A stretch of 63,920 bases of DNA, counting the filler, from Lama guanicoe (lineage: Eukaryota), in assembly GCA_013239625.1 (NCBI GenBank). It is 80 parts of 79 records of this genome, joined end to end, with 100 filler letters (N's around TTAATTAATTAA, not from the genome) between each part and the next. Parts side by side here need not be neighbours in the genome. Positions count along the whole stretch, not along the records: positions 39,594 to 40,207 come from PNXV01011563.1; positions 40,308 to 41,415 come from MU055042.1; positions 41,516 to 42,020 come from PNXV01011566.1; positions 42,121 to 42,710 come from PNXV01011567.1; positions 42,811 to 43,608 come from PNXV01011569.1; positions 43,709 to 44,613 come from MU055044.1; positions 44,714 to 45,173 come from PNXV01011582.1; positions 45,274 to 45,721 come from PNXV01011583.1; 72 more parts are not named here. One strand, written 5' to 3'. Under the pieces are notes generated by a model. The model made no database searches, was not told the DNA's origin, and saw only the letters and a list, made by a program, of their open reading frames with translations. Position 1 is the stretch's first letter; each line of letters begins with the position of its first letter. Below, piece by piece: positions 39,494 through 51,240 of the stretch. A program made the position numbers and the translations under genes.

Positions 39494-40307
39494 NNNNNNN
39501 NNNNNNNNNNNNNNNNNNNNNNNNNNNNNNNNNNNNNTTAATTAATTAANNNNNNNNNNNNNNNNNNNNNNNNNNNNNNNNNNNNNNNNNNNNGTACACC
39601 CTTCCTCCTCATAGACAGCTTGTCTCATTCAGCCTAATCTCTATTCAAGAGACATACCCAAAAGCTCCCCTCGATCAGCCTAATCTCTGTCCAAGAGACA
39701 TACCCAAAAGTTCACCTCCACACCAGCAGGCAGCTTCTCTAATAACCTCAGCTTGCAGATGCTTCTCCTTTCAAACGTGTTTCACTGAAGCTGGCTTTTG
39801 AAGGCAGGGATCCTCTAGGTGATTTGTTCATGGTGCTCAAGCATTTGGCCGAACACAGTCCTCTTGTAAATCTCTAAGACACCATGGATGTACAACCTCT
39901 AATATTTACTAATATTTCTTTACTCTAGATGACGGTGTTGGAAGATTGCCCAGGGTTCTGGAGCTTTCTTTATCTTGTTGGTTACTCCCTAGGATTCTGC
40001 AGTCCCACGTTAAGTTTACATAGACCAACTGCCACTAAACAATAATTTAGTTTTCTCAAAGGAAACGCTCTTACTCACCTACTTTATATAACATGCTGCA
40101 CTCCATCTCTATTCAGACATGCATGAATATTTGGCTAATGGAAAAAATTATCCTCCTTGTCAGAAACACCCTACACCATTGTGTCCTCCTGATGGGCCCT
40201 TCAGGGANNNNNNNNNNNNNNNNNNNNNNNNNNNNNNNNNNNNNNNNNNNNTTAATTAATTAANNNNNNNNNNNNNNNNNNNNNNNNNNNNNNNNNNNNN
40301 NNNNNNN

Positions 40308-41415
40308 CCCCAAGATCAGGGAAGTTATTTCTCGGACTTCCCCATTCAGGGAACACATGTAAATGAAGAGACCTGCGTGGATTTGTCTCTCGAGCTCCCC
40401 CACGTACTGACTATGGTTCCGGAATCCTGAGCGTGGGGAGGTTCCACCAACGGTCAGCAGCGCATGGGTTCTAACGGAATGCCTAANNNNNNNNNNNNNN
40501 NNNNNNNNNNNNNNNNNNNNNNNNNNNNNNNNNNNNNNNNNNNNNNNNNNNNNNNNNNNNNNNNNNNNNNNNNNNNNNNNNNNNNNNNNNNNNNNNNNNN
40601 NNNNNNNNNNNNNNNNNNNNNNNNNNNNNNNNNNNNNNNNNNNNNNNNNNNNNNNNNNNNNNNNNNNNNNNNNNNNNNNNNNNNNNNNNNNNNNNNNNNN
40701 NNNNNNNNNNNNNNNNNNNNNNNNNNNNNNNNNNNNNNNNNNNNNNNNNNNNNNNNNNNNNNNNNNNNNNNNNNNNNNNNNNNNNNNNNNNNNNNNNNNN
40801 NNNNNNNNNNNNNNNNNNNNNNNNNNNNNNNNNNNNNNNNNNNNNNNNNNNNNNNNNNNNNNNNNNNNNNNNNNNNNNNNNNNNNNNNNNNNNNNNNNNN
40901 NNNNNNNNNNNNNNNNNNNNNNNNNNNNNNNNNNNNNNNNNNNNNNNNNNNNNNNNNNNNNNNNNNNNNNNNNNNNNNNNNNNNNNNNNNNNNNNNNNNN
41001 NNNNNNNNNNNNNNNNNNNNNNNNNNNNNNNNNNNNNNNNNNNNNNNNNNNNNNNNNNNNNNNNNNNNNNNNNNNNNNNNNNNNNNNNNNNNNNNNNNNN
41101 NNNNNNNNNNNNNNNNNNNNNNNNNNNNNNNNNNNNNNNNNNNNNNNNNNNNNNNNNNNNNNNNNNNNNNNNNNNNNNNNNNNNNNNNNNNNNNNNNNNN
41201 NNNNNNNNNNNNNNNNNNNNNNNNNNNNNNNNNNNNNNNNNNNNNNNNNNNNNNNNNNNNNNNNNNNNNNNNNNNNNNNNNNNNNNNNNNNNNNNNNNNN
41301 NNNNNNNNNNNNNNNNNNNNNNNNNNNNNNNNNNNNNNNNNNNNNNNNNNNNNNAAGTAAGGGAAAGTATTTCTCGGACTTCTCCGTTCAGGGAACACCT
41401 GTGACTGAAGAGAGC
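40308..41415 (-). repeat. 267-bp satellite flanking a gap
   Basis: Both gap flanks match the 267-bp monomer. Confidence 0.92.
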
Positions 41416-41515
41416 NNNNNNNNNNNNNNNNNNNNNNNNNNNNNNNNNNNNNNNNNNNNTTAATTAATTAANNNNNNNNNNNNNNNNNNNNNNNNNNNNN
41501 NNNNNNNNNNNNNNN

Positions 41516-42020
41516 ACACACGAAGATGTGTTCTTGTATTCTGAGTCTGGGGATGTTCCTCAAAATGAGAGCAGCACCTGCATTCTATTAGTATCCCTTA
41601 GCTTCTGTTCCCTGAGTGTTTTCTTAGACCAGGCCATGAGGGAAAGCTGGGGGTTGGGCTTGGAGGCCAAGTAGCAGTGAGTGCCCCTGATCCATTGAGG
41701 AAGTACTTAGAGGACTCCTCCCTAAACGGAACACCTTGTCCCCCATTCATCTGGGTGCAGTGCGGCTGCACAACTCTCCCACACCTAAGAATGTGTTCTG
41801 GAATTCTGAGTGCAGGGAAGTTCCTCCAACTGACAGCAGCGCCTCTGTTCTATTTAAATCCCTTTGCTTGTCTTCCCTGATGGAAAGCCTAGGCGGGAGT
41901 GCGGGGGAAAGTATCTCCAAAACCAAGTATTTGCGATGACCTCTCTATGGATTGTGGAAGTGTTTAAACTTTATCCCTAACCTGGGAACACCTGTGCCCC
42001 CATAAAGATCTGTGGAGTCT
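41516..42020 (-). repeat. Diverged ~265-bp satellite
   Basis: 41860-42010 nearly identical to 15538-15695; 41600-41735 matches 18640-18780. Confidence 0.9.
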
Positions 42021-42810
42021 NNNNNNNNNNNNNNNNNNNNNNNNNNNNNNNNNNNNNNNNNNNNTTAATTAATTAANNNNNNNNNNNNNNNNNNNNNNNN
42101 NNNNNNNNNNNNNNNNNNNNGACTTCTTTTATTTATTATTATTATTAATTATTATAATAATAATTATTATTATTATTATTATTTTATAAAATAATAACAT
42201 GGTATACCTCACCACTGTCCATGGCTCGTGGAAAACCAACTGAGTTTTATTGAGTTGTTTTCCAAGGAGTATAGATGTGTTATAAACAGAACACATCTTC
42301 AGGGCAAAACAGGCGGAGTGCTTTTCCAGCAGGCCAGACAGCTATGAAGGGTTTTTAATAGAGTCGTCCAGAAGCTGAGAGAAAGAGAGAAAGAGGACAC
42401 TACTAAAAGCTGTCCAAACTGCCTTCTCCATGGCACTACTGAAATAGGAAAGGGCAAATCTTACTCCATATTTGATCTGTTCTTTGATTTTAACAAAGCC
42501 AAGTTAATATGCTCTGGTATTTTCATGGTTTATGATGTCACAGAAGAGATGGACAGGTCAACAAGGAACCACTCTGCTGTGATCACGGAGCCGGGGAAAC
42601 GGATGGGCTGCAAGATGTATGACGCAGCCACAACTGTTCCTGTGCTTCTAGGCAGGTAATTAAAGTCGCCTCGACAAGGTGTCAAACACTTGTGCCCACG
42701 TCCTCATCAANNNNNNNNNNNNNNNNNNNNNNNNNNNNNNNNNNNNNNNNNNNNTTAATTAATTAANNNNNNNNNNNNNNNNNNNNNNNNNNNNNNNNNN
42801 NNNNNNNNNN

Positions 42811-43608
42811 TATATTCTAAATTCTGTGTTCTGCATTCCATTTCTTAATTATGGGTTCTTTATTCTCTATTATATATTCTATATTTTGTGTTCTTATTTA
42901 TATGTACCACATTCTATATTCTGCATTCCGTATACTATATTCTAAATTCTGTGTTCTGCATTCCATTTCTAAATTATGGGTTCTATATTCTCTATTATAT
43001 ATTCTATATTTTGTGTTCTTCATTCTATATTCAAAGTTCTAAATTCAGTACACTGTATTCTATATTGTAAATTCTGTGTTCTGATTTCCATATTCCAAAT
43101 TCTGGCTTCTATATATTCTTTTATATATTCTATATTTTGTGTTCTTCATTCTATATTCAAAGTTCTAAATTCAGTACACTGTATTCTATATTGTAAATTC
43201 TGTGTTCTGATTTCCATATTCCAAATTCTGGCTTCTATATATTCTTTTATATATTCTATATTTTGTGTTCTTCATTCTATATTCCACATTCTATATACTG
43301 AATTCCGTATTCTATATTATATAATCTGTCGTCTAAATTCTATATTCTAAATTCTATATTCAGTATTCTGTATTCTATATTCTAAATTCTGTGTTCTGCA
43401 ACTGCATTGTACGTTCTAAATTCTATATTCATAATTCTTTATTCTATATTCTAAGTTCTGTGTTCTGCATTCAATGTTCTAAATCCTGGGTTGTGTATTT
43501 TGTTTTCCATATACTATATTCTGTGTTGTACATTCTATATTCTGTATTCTATCTTCTGAATTCCGTATTCTATATTTTATAATCTGTGTTCTACATTCTA
43601 TATTCTAA
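42811..43608 (-). repeat. Heptamer satellite with 126-bp (18x7) tandem unit
   Basis: caaagttct at 43032 and 43158; the 42-aa repeat is visible in the ORF track. Confidence 0.94.
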
Positions 43609-44410
43609 NNNNNNNNNNNNNNNNNNNNNNNNNNNNNNNNNNNNNNNNNNNNTTAATTAATTAANNNNNNNNNNNNNNNNNNNNNNNNNNNNNNNNNNNN
43701 NNNNNNNNGCAGTCTTCCCAGTGCTCCTTTGTGGGTGATACCTTACGCAGAGCTTTGTGTGTGTGTCTCTTACACCTTATTATCCTTTTATTTGCATTCA
43801 GGTTTAGTCAACTAGGTTTTTTTCCTTTTATGTTATTTTATTTTATTATTATTCTAAAATTTTTAAATCCTTAATTTCCATTTTCACGTTCTTCTANNNN
43901 NNNNNNNNNNNNNNNNNNNNNNNNNNNNNNNNNNNNNNNNNNNNNNNNNNNNNNNNNNNNNNNNNNNNNNNNNNNNNNNNNNNNNNNNNNNNNNNNNNNN
44001 NNNNNNNNNNNNNNNNNNNNNNNNNNNNNNNNNNNNNNNNNNNNNNNNNNNNNNNNNNNNNNNNNNNNNNNNNNNNNNNNNNNNNNNNNNNNNNNNNNNN
44101 NNNNNNNNNNNNNNNNNNNNNNNNNNNNNNNNNNNNNNNNNNNNNNNNNNNNNNNNNNNNNNNNNNNNNNNNNNNNNNNNNNNNNNNNNNNNNNNNNNNN
44201 NNNNNNNNNNNNNNNNNNNNNNNNNNNNNNNNNNNNNNNNNNNNNNNNNNNNNNNNNNNNNNNNNNNNNNNNNNNNNNNNNNNNNNNNNNNNNNNNNNNN
44301 NNNNNNNNNNNNNNNNNNNNNNNNNNNNNNNNNNNNNNNNNNNNNNNNNNNNNNNNNNNNNNNNNNNNNNNNNNNNNNNNNNNNNNNNNNNNNNNNNNNN
44401 NNNCGCTCAC

Positions 44411-44579
44411 TTGGGGAACGCGTCTAAGTAGTAGGTCTTCTTGGTGTCGGGGAAGGCGATGCGCATGCCCGAGGTGCAGCACCACCGTGGCGCACTCATA
44501 GCGCGAAGCCAGGTCCATGGCGGGCACCGTGCGGATGCTCTGCCCCTACAGGATGTTGCTGTCACGGCTGATGCCGTAC
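44411..44579 (-). pseudogene. ABHD17A: ABHD17A-derived exon (catalytic-serine exon), intron-flanked, with stop and frameshift
   Basis: ccag|G TAC GGC...TTC CCC AA|gtgag; reads [54 protein letters not shown] versus recalled ABHD17A [59 protein letters not shown]. Confidence 0.92.
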
Positions 44580-44713
44580 CTGGCAGCGGTGGGGGCAGGA
44601 TCAGCTGGGACACNNNNNNNNNNNNNNNNNNNNNNNNNNNNNNNNNNNNNNNNNNNNTTAATTAATTAANNNNNNNNNNNNNNNNNNNNNNNNNNNNNNN
44701 NNNNNNNNNNNNN

Positions 44714-45173
44714 TTCACCTAGCTGGGTGGGAAAACACAATTTCTTTTCAGTGGGAAATTACGCTACATACATATATATATATGGGGAGGTTCTAGCTCC
44801 AAATTCGTTTTACAGTGAAATCTGCATGAATTTAAAATGGCTCTAGGAAAGAGAGAATAAGTGTTTCTTCTTCAATCCATTTCATTTAAGCTATGTGAAC
44901 GGAAGTCTCTCCGCACGCTCAATTCTGAGTGATAATTGTGTAAAACTCGTCCAACAATTACCTTGTTGAAAACACACAGATTGTTTTCAGTGTGTAACAA
45001 CACTACATACATATATATTGGGAGGTTCTCTCTCCAACAACCTTTTACAGTGAAAACTTTATTAACTTCTAACCGGCACTAAGAAACAAACTGAGTAACC
45101 AGAGTAAGTGTTTCTACTGCAATTCATTCCCTTTATGCTGGGTGAACGAACGTCTCCCACATGCTCAATTCTG
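44714..45173 (+). repeat. ~249-bp satellite, diverged copies
   Basis: catacatatatatggggaggt...ttttacagtgaaa...gagtaagtgtttct shared with 50019-51140. Confidence 0.88.
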
Positions 45174-45821
45174 NNNNNNNNNNNNNNNNNNNNNNNNNNN
45201 NNNNNNNNNNNNNNNNNTTAATTAATTAANNNNNNNNNNNNNNNNNNNNNNNNNNNNNNNNNNNNNNNNNNNNGCGGGTGGCCCAGAGCGACCAGGACGA
45301 GATCCCGGGTTCCCGGCGGCGGCGGGGGGGGAAAGGGGTGGGAAGGGGAGGAGGGAAACAGGGAGGGAAGGCGTTGTATAGCAAGTTTAGTCATTCACAC
45401 ACATTAATCTGTAAGCCCACTCAATTTCTACACCGATTCCAGCTCCTCCTCCTATTTGAGGACGTACACTTTCCTGTTTTATAGACCCATATTGGCCTCC
45501 ATCCTGTGTCAGAACTCCCTTATGCAGTGCCTATAACTCACAGAGGAGCATGGCCACAAATTGTCCAGAGAGAGAAAATTCTCCGTCTCTGCCTGGGGCT
45601 GTAAACAAGTCTCAATCTCAGTATGAAATTTCAGGGCCACTGGATATGAACTGAGCTTTCAGCCCTGCCTTTGTGCAGCAGTGTTTGCTATGACCAAGTC
45701 CAATTTCTCTTCTCATGAAAANNNNNNNNNNNNNNNNNNNNNNNNNNNNNNNNNNNNNNNNNNNNTTAATTAATTAANNNNNNNNNNNNNNNNNNNNNNN
45801 NNNNNNNNNNNNNNNNNNNNN

Positions 45822-46998
45822 GGTGTTCCCTGAACGGGGAAGTCCGAGAAATACCTTCCCTGAGCTTGGGGAAGCATCCTATGTCACTGGGATTATCTGC
45901 AAACCCCCCTAGCATTCCCTGGCACAGAGACATTAGGAAAAAACCCAGGGGAGTCGAGCTTAGGCATTCCGTTAGAACCCACGCGCTGCCGACCGTTGGT
46001 GGAACCTCCCCACNNNNNNNNNNNNNNNNNNNNNNNNNNNNNNNNNNNNNNNNNNNNNNNNNNNNNNNNNNNNNNNNNNNNNNNNNNNNNNNNNNNNNNN
46101 NNNNNNNNNNNNNNNNNNNNNNNNNNNNNNNNNNNNNNNNNNNNNNNNNNNNNNNNNNNNNNNNNNNNNNNNNNNNNNNNNNNNNNNNNNNNNNNNNNNN
46201 NNNNNNNNNNNNNNNNNNNNNNNNNNNNNNNNNNNNNNNNNNNNNNNNNNNNNNNNNNNNNNNNNNNNNNNNNNNNNNNNNNNNNNNNNNNNNNNNNNNN
46301 NNNNNNNNNNNNNNNNNNNNNNNNNNNNNNNNNNNNNNNNNNNNNNNNNNNNNNNNNNNNNNNNNNNNNNNNNNNNNNNNNNNNNNNNNNNNNNNNNNNN
46401 NNNNNNNNNNNNNNNNNNNNNNNNNNNNNNNNNNNNNNNNNNNNNNNNNNNNNNNNNNNNNNNNNNNNNNNNNNNNNNNNNNNNNNNNNNNNNNNNNNNN
46501 NNNNNNNNNNNNNNNNNNNNNNNNNNNNNNNNNNNNNNNNNNNNNNNNNNNNNNNNNNNNNNNNNNNNNNNNNNNNNNNNNNNNNNNNNNNNNNNNNNNN
46601 NNNNNNNNNNNNNNNNNNNNNNNNNNNNNNNNNNNNNNNNNNNNNNNNNNNNNNNNNNNNNNNNNNNNNNNNNNNNNNNNNNNNNNNNNNNNNNNNNNNN
46701 NNNNNNNNNNNNNNNNNNNNNNNNNNNNNNNNNNNNNNNNNNNNNNNNNNNNNNNNNNNNNNNNNNNNNNNNNNNNNNNNNNNNNNNNNNNNNNTGAACC
46801 TCCCGCTCAGGATTCCGGAACCATTGTCAGTGCGTGGGTAGCTCGAGTGACAACTCCACGCAGCTCTCTTCAGTCACAGGTGTTCGCTGTTATGGGGAAT
46901 TCTGGGAAATAACTTCCCCGACCTTGAGTGGGCAGCCTCTGTCACTGGCATTGCCTACAAACCCCACTAGCATTCCCTGACACAGAGACATTAGGAAA
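45822..46998 (+). repeat. 267-bp satellite flanking a gap
   Basis: Matches the 53064-54220 monomer. Confidence 0.94.
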
Positions 46999-47279
46999 NN
47001 NNNNNNNNNNNNNNNNNNNNNNNNNNNNNNNNNNNNNNNNNNTTAATTAATTAANNNNNNNNNNNNNNNNNNNNNNNNNNNNNNNNNNNNNNNNNNNNAA
47101 GCTGGGTAATGTGATCCGAGCTACAGTAGCCATGTGCAGACTCTGAGAACAAACTGTATCGTTGGATTTGCTTTGGCTTCCCTTGCCTTCTGGCTGGTAC
47201 ACACCAGGTCACAGCAACCCAGATGGGCCCTTAGCACACAGCAGATTATGTACCTCGATCTCCTCTCCCCTCTCGGCAG

Positions 47280-47517
47280 GGCCTGCAACATGAGCATCCC
47301 TGACTACGTGCAGTGTGCTGAGGACCACCAATGTGGTCCAATACTTAGAGATCATGTCAGAGGAGAATTTCTTTTGCATCTATCAGCTACTCACCTTGGT
47401 GAGCCATATCAGCCCATTTGGCTCCCAGTGGACACTCTGTATCCACTACAGTCACCACTATGTGCCCGATATTGGGTGGAGCATCTTCCAGACCCACCGC
47501 AATGTTGTGGGCCTTGT
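47280..47517 (+). pseudogene. TRAPPC9: TRAPPC9-derived first coding exon, intron-flanked, frameshifted
   Basis: Acceptor AG 47278-47279, ATG at 47290; MSIPDYVQCAEDHQ, frameshift at about 47332, then VVQYLEIMSEENFFCIY...HHYVPDIGWSIFQTHRNVVGL versus recalled TRAPPC9 [35 protein letters not shown]...[22 protein letters not shown]. Confidence 0.92.
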
Positions 47518-47617
47518 NNNNNNNNNNNNNNNNNNNNNNNNNNNNNNNNNNNNNNNNNNNNTTAATTAATTAANNNNNNNNNNNNNNNNNNNNNNNNNNN
47601 NNNNNNNNNNNNNNNNN

Positions 47618-49006
47618 ATTCCGTGTTCTAAATTCTGGGTTCTGTATTCTATATTCTAACTTCTCTCTTCTGTTTTCTAAATCCTATATTCTACATTCTA
47701 TATTTTGTATACTGTACTCTATGATCTGTGTTTTTCATTCTGTATTCTACACTCAATATTCTGTATACTGTATTCTATATTCTAAATTCCGGGTTCTACA
47801 TTCTATATTTACAATATATATTCTGTATTCTGAACTCTATATTATTAATTCTCTGTTCTAAATTCCATGTTCTCAATTCTGGGTTCTGTAGTCTGCATTT
47901 TATATACTGTGTTCTACATTATATATTCTACATTCTATATTCTGAATTCTGTATACTAAATTCTGTGTTCTTCATTCCATGTTCCAAATTCTGGGTTCTG
48001 CATTCTGTATTCTATATTCTACATTCTGTGTTCTATAGTCTCTATTCTACATTCTGTATTCTGTATACTATTTTATATACTAAATTCGGTGTTCTGAATT
48101 CCATGTAATGAATTCTGTGTTCTGCATTGTGTATTCAAAATTCTCTCTTCTGTATTCTATATTCTAAATTCTGAGTTCTGAAATCCATGTTCTCAATTCT
48201 GGTATCTGTATTTCTGTATTGTATATTCAATATTCTGTGTTCTGCATTCCATGTTCTAAATTCTGGTTTCTGTATTCTTTATTCTATATTCTATTCTCTT
48301 TCTTCTGCATTCCGTGTTCTAAATACTGGGTTCTGACATGTGTATTCCATAATCTATATTCTGTGTTCTACATTTTGTGTTTTACATTATATATTCTGTA
48401 TTCTGTACTCTATATTCTAAATTCTGTGTACTGAATTCNNNNNNNNNNNNNNNNNNNNNNNNNNNNNNNNNNNNNNNNNNNNTTAATTAATTAANNNNNN
48501 NNNNNNNNNNNNNNNNNNNNNNNNNNNNNNNNNNNNNNGAACCCAGAATTTAAAACATGGAATGCAGGACACAGAATTTAGAACATAGAATACAGAATGC
48601 TGAACATAGAATTTCGAATATACAATGTAGAACACTGAAAATAGAATATAGAATTCGGAATGCAGAATATAGAATACAGAATATAGAATTTAGAACACAG
48701 AATATAGAATNNNNNNNNNNNNNNNNNNNNNNNNNNNNNNNNNNNNNNNNNNNNNNNNNNNNNNNNNNNNNNNNNNTATAAAATACAGAATACTGAATAT
48801 AGAATTTAGAATATAGGATGTAGAACACAGAACATAGAATATAGAATACAGAATTTAGAACATGATATGCAGAACACTGAATTTAGAAAATAGAATATAG
48901 AATACTGAATATAGTATTTAGAATTTACAATTTAGAACACAGAATTTATAATATAGGCTACGGAATGCAAAATATAGTATGTCGAGTATAGAATGAAGAA
49001 CACACT
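47618..49006. repeat. Two heptamer-satellite contigs (47618-48438, 48539-49006)
   Basis: 7-bp periodicity. Confidence 0.95.
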
Positions 49007-49106
49007 NNNNNNNNNNNNNNNNNNNNNNNNNNNNNNNNNNNNNNNNNNNNTTAATTAATTAANNNNNNNNNNNNNNNNNNNNNNNNNNNNNNNNNNNNNN
49101 NNNNNN

Positions 49107-49918
49107 TAGCTTTAGTGTTTCTGAATTATTTTACCTTTTCCTTGTTTATGAAATTCTTTATCTCTTCTTCTATTCTAAAGGATAGTCTTGCTGGACAGTG
49201 TATTCATCGTAGCAGATTTTTTTTTTCATTCAGGGCTTGGACTATAACTTGCCACTCCCTTCTGATTTAGCAGTATTTGCGTAGAGAAATTGGCTGACAG
49301 ACTTNNNNNNNNNNNNNNNNNGTCTTTGTTTTTCTCTTACTGTCTTTAGAATCATTTCTTTAACTTTGGCCATTTTAATTATCGTATGTCTTGGTGTAGG
49401 TGTGTTTGAGTTCTTGTTTGGGACCCTCTGTGCTTCCTGTACTTGTGCATCTGTTTTCTTCTTTAGGTTTGGGAATTTTAAAGTCATGATTTCTTCAAAT
49501 ACCTTTTCTCTTTCTTCTCCTTCTGGGACCCCTATTTTGTGTACATCGGCATGCTTTATATTATCCCATCAGTCTCTTATATTGCTTTCTTTGGTTTTTC
49601 TTTGCTTTTCTGTTTGGTGTTTTGATGGGGTGACTTCTGTTATCCTGTCTTCTAAGTTACTTATTCATCCCTCTGCATTACCTAGTGTGCTTTTGACTGC
49701 CTTTAGCTCAGCTCTTGTATCAGCCATTCAGTTTTCTGATTGTAATTGGCCCCTCTTTATAGTTTTTATTTCCTTTTCATAGTATTCTGCACTTCTGTTC
49801 ATAGCATTTTTTATTTCCCTCAGTGCTTTTATCTTCCCTTTTTGGAAGTCATGGTCTAGTAGGCTGTCAAGGTTGGCCTCATTGTTTGTTCTTTCAAAGC
49901 ACTTCTTCTCTTCTTTAA
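49107..49918 (-). mobile_element. LINE-1 ORF1 fragment
   Basis: FPNLKKKTDAQVQEAQRVPNK...PTPRHTIIKMAKVKEMILKTVREKQ is the ORF1p RRM region. Confidence 0.92.
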
Positions 49919-50018
49919 NNNNNNNNNNNNNNNNNNNNNNNNNNNNNNNNNNNNNNNNNNNNTTAATTAATTAANNNNNNNNNNNNNNNNNNNNNNNNNN
50001 NNNNNNNNNNNNNNNNNN

Positions 50019-51140
50019 GAATGAACGTCTATCCACATGCTCAGTTTTGAGAGATAAGAGTGTGTGATAGCCGTCATTCAACTAGCTTGTTGGGAACACA
50101 AAGTTTCTCTTCAGTTGCAGACACCAATCCATACATATATATGGGGAGGTACAAGCTCCAACTCGGTTTTACAGTGAAAACTGCAGGAACTTCAAACCGG
50201 CACTAGGAAACAGACTGAGAAACCAGAGTAAGTGTTTCTCCTGCAACCTGTTCCCTTAGTGCTAGATGAACGAACGTCTCTCCCCATGCTCAGTTNNNNN
50301 NNNNNNNNNNNNNNNNNNNNNNNNNNNNNNNNNNNNNNNNNNNNNNNNNNNNNNNNNNNNNNNNNNNNNNNNNNNNNNNNNNNNNNNNNNNNNNNNNNNN
50401 NNNNNNNNNNNNNNNNNNNNNNNNNNNNNNNNNNNNNNNNNNNNNNNNNNNNNNNNNNNNNNNNNNNNNNNNNNNNNNNNNNNNNNNNNNNNNNNNNNNN
50501 NNNNNNNNNNNNNNNNNNNNNNNNNNNNNNNNNNNNNNNNNNNNNNNNNNNNNNNNNNNNNNNNNNNNNNNNNNNNNNNNNNNNNNNNNNNNNNNNGCAG
50601 ACTCCACTCCATACATATATAAGGGGAGGTACAAGCACCAACACGGTTTTACAGCGAAAACTCCAGAAACTTCATACCGGCAATTGGAAACAGACTGAGA
50701 AACCAGAGTAAGTGTCTCTCCTGCAACATGTTCCCTTTTTGTAGATGAACGAACGTCTCCCCACATGCTCAGATTTGAGGGTTAAACGTGTGTGAACGCC
50801 GTCCTTCAACTACCTTGTTGGGAGAACAAGGTTTCTCTTCATTTGCAAACTACACTCCATACATATATATGTGGAGGTACAAGCTCCAAGTCGGTTTTAT
50901 GGTGAAAACTGCAGGAACGTCCAACTGGCAGTAGGAAACCGAGTGAGAATCCAGAGTAAGTGTTTCTCCAGCAACCTGTTCCCTTTGTGCTAGGTGAACG
51001 AACGTCTCTCCACATGCTCAGTTTTGAGAGATAAACGTGTTTGCAAGCCGTATGTCCTTTACCTAGCTTGTTGGGAACACAAAGTTTCTCCTCAGTTGCA
51101 AACTCTAATCCATATATATATATGGGGAGGTACAAGCTCC
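50019..51140 (+). repeat. 249-bp satellite
   Basis: gaacgtct at 50023/50272 and 50751/51000 (period 249); PstI site CTGCAG in some monomers. Confidence 0.93.
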
Positions 51141-51240
51141 NNNNNNNNNNNNNNNNNNNNNNNNNNNNNNNNNNNNNNNNNNNNTTAATTAATTAANNNN
51201 NNNNNNNNNNNNNNNNNNNNNNNNNNNNNNNNNNNNNNNN

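Noticed and set aside
39629..39720. Imperfect 46-bp tandem duplication
   Set aside because: Two copies only; ordinary local duplication with no further structure
40454..41398. Long ORFs such as 314 aa here and 348 aa at 45866-46912
   Set aside because: Almost entirely X from N gaps; the ends are satellite DNA
47134..47565. 143-aa ORF with an apparent signal peptide
   Set aside because: Chimera of intron sequence, 14 TRAPPC9-like codons and out-of-frame exon sequence
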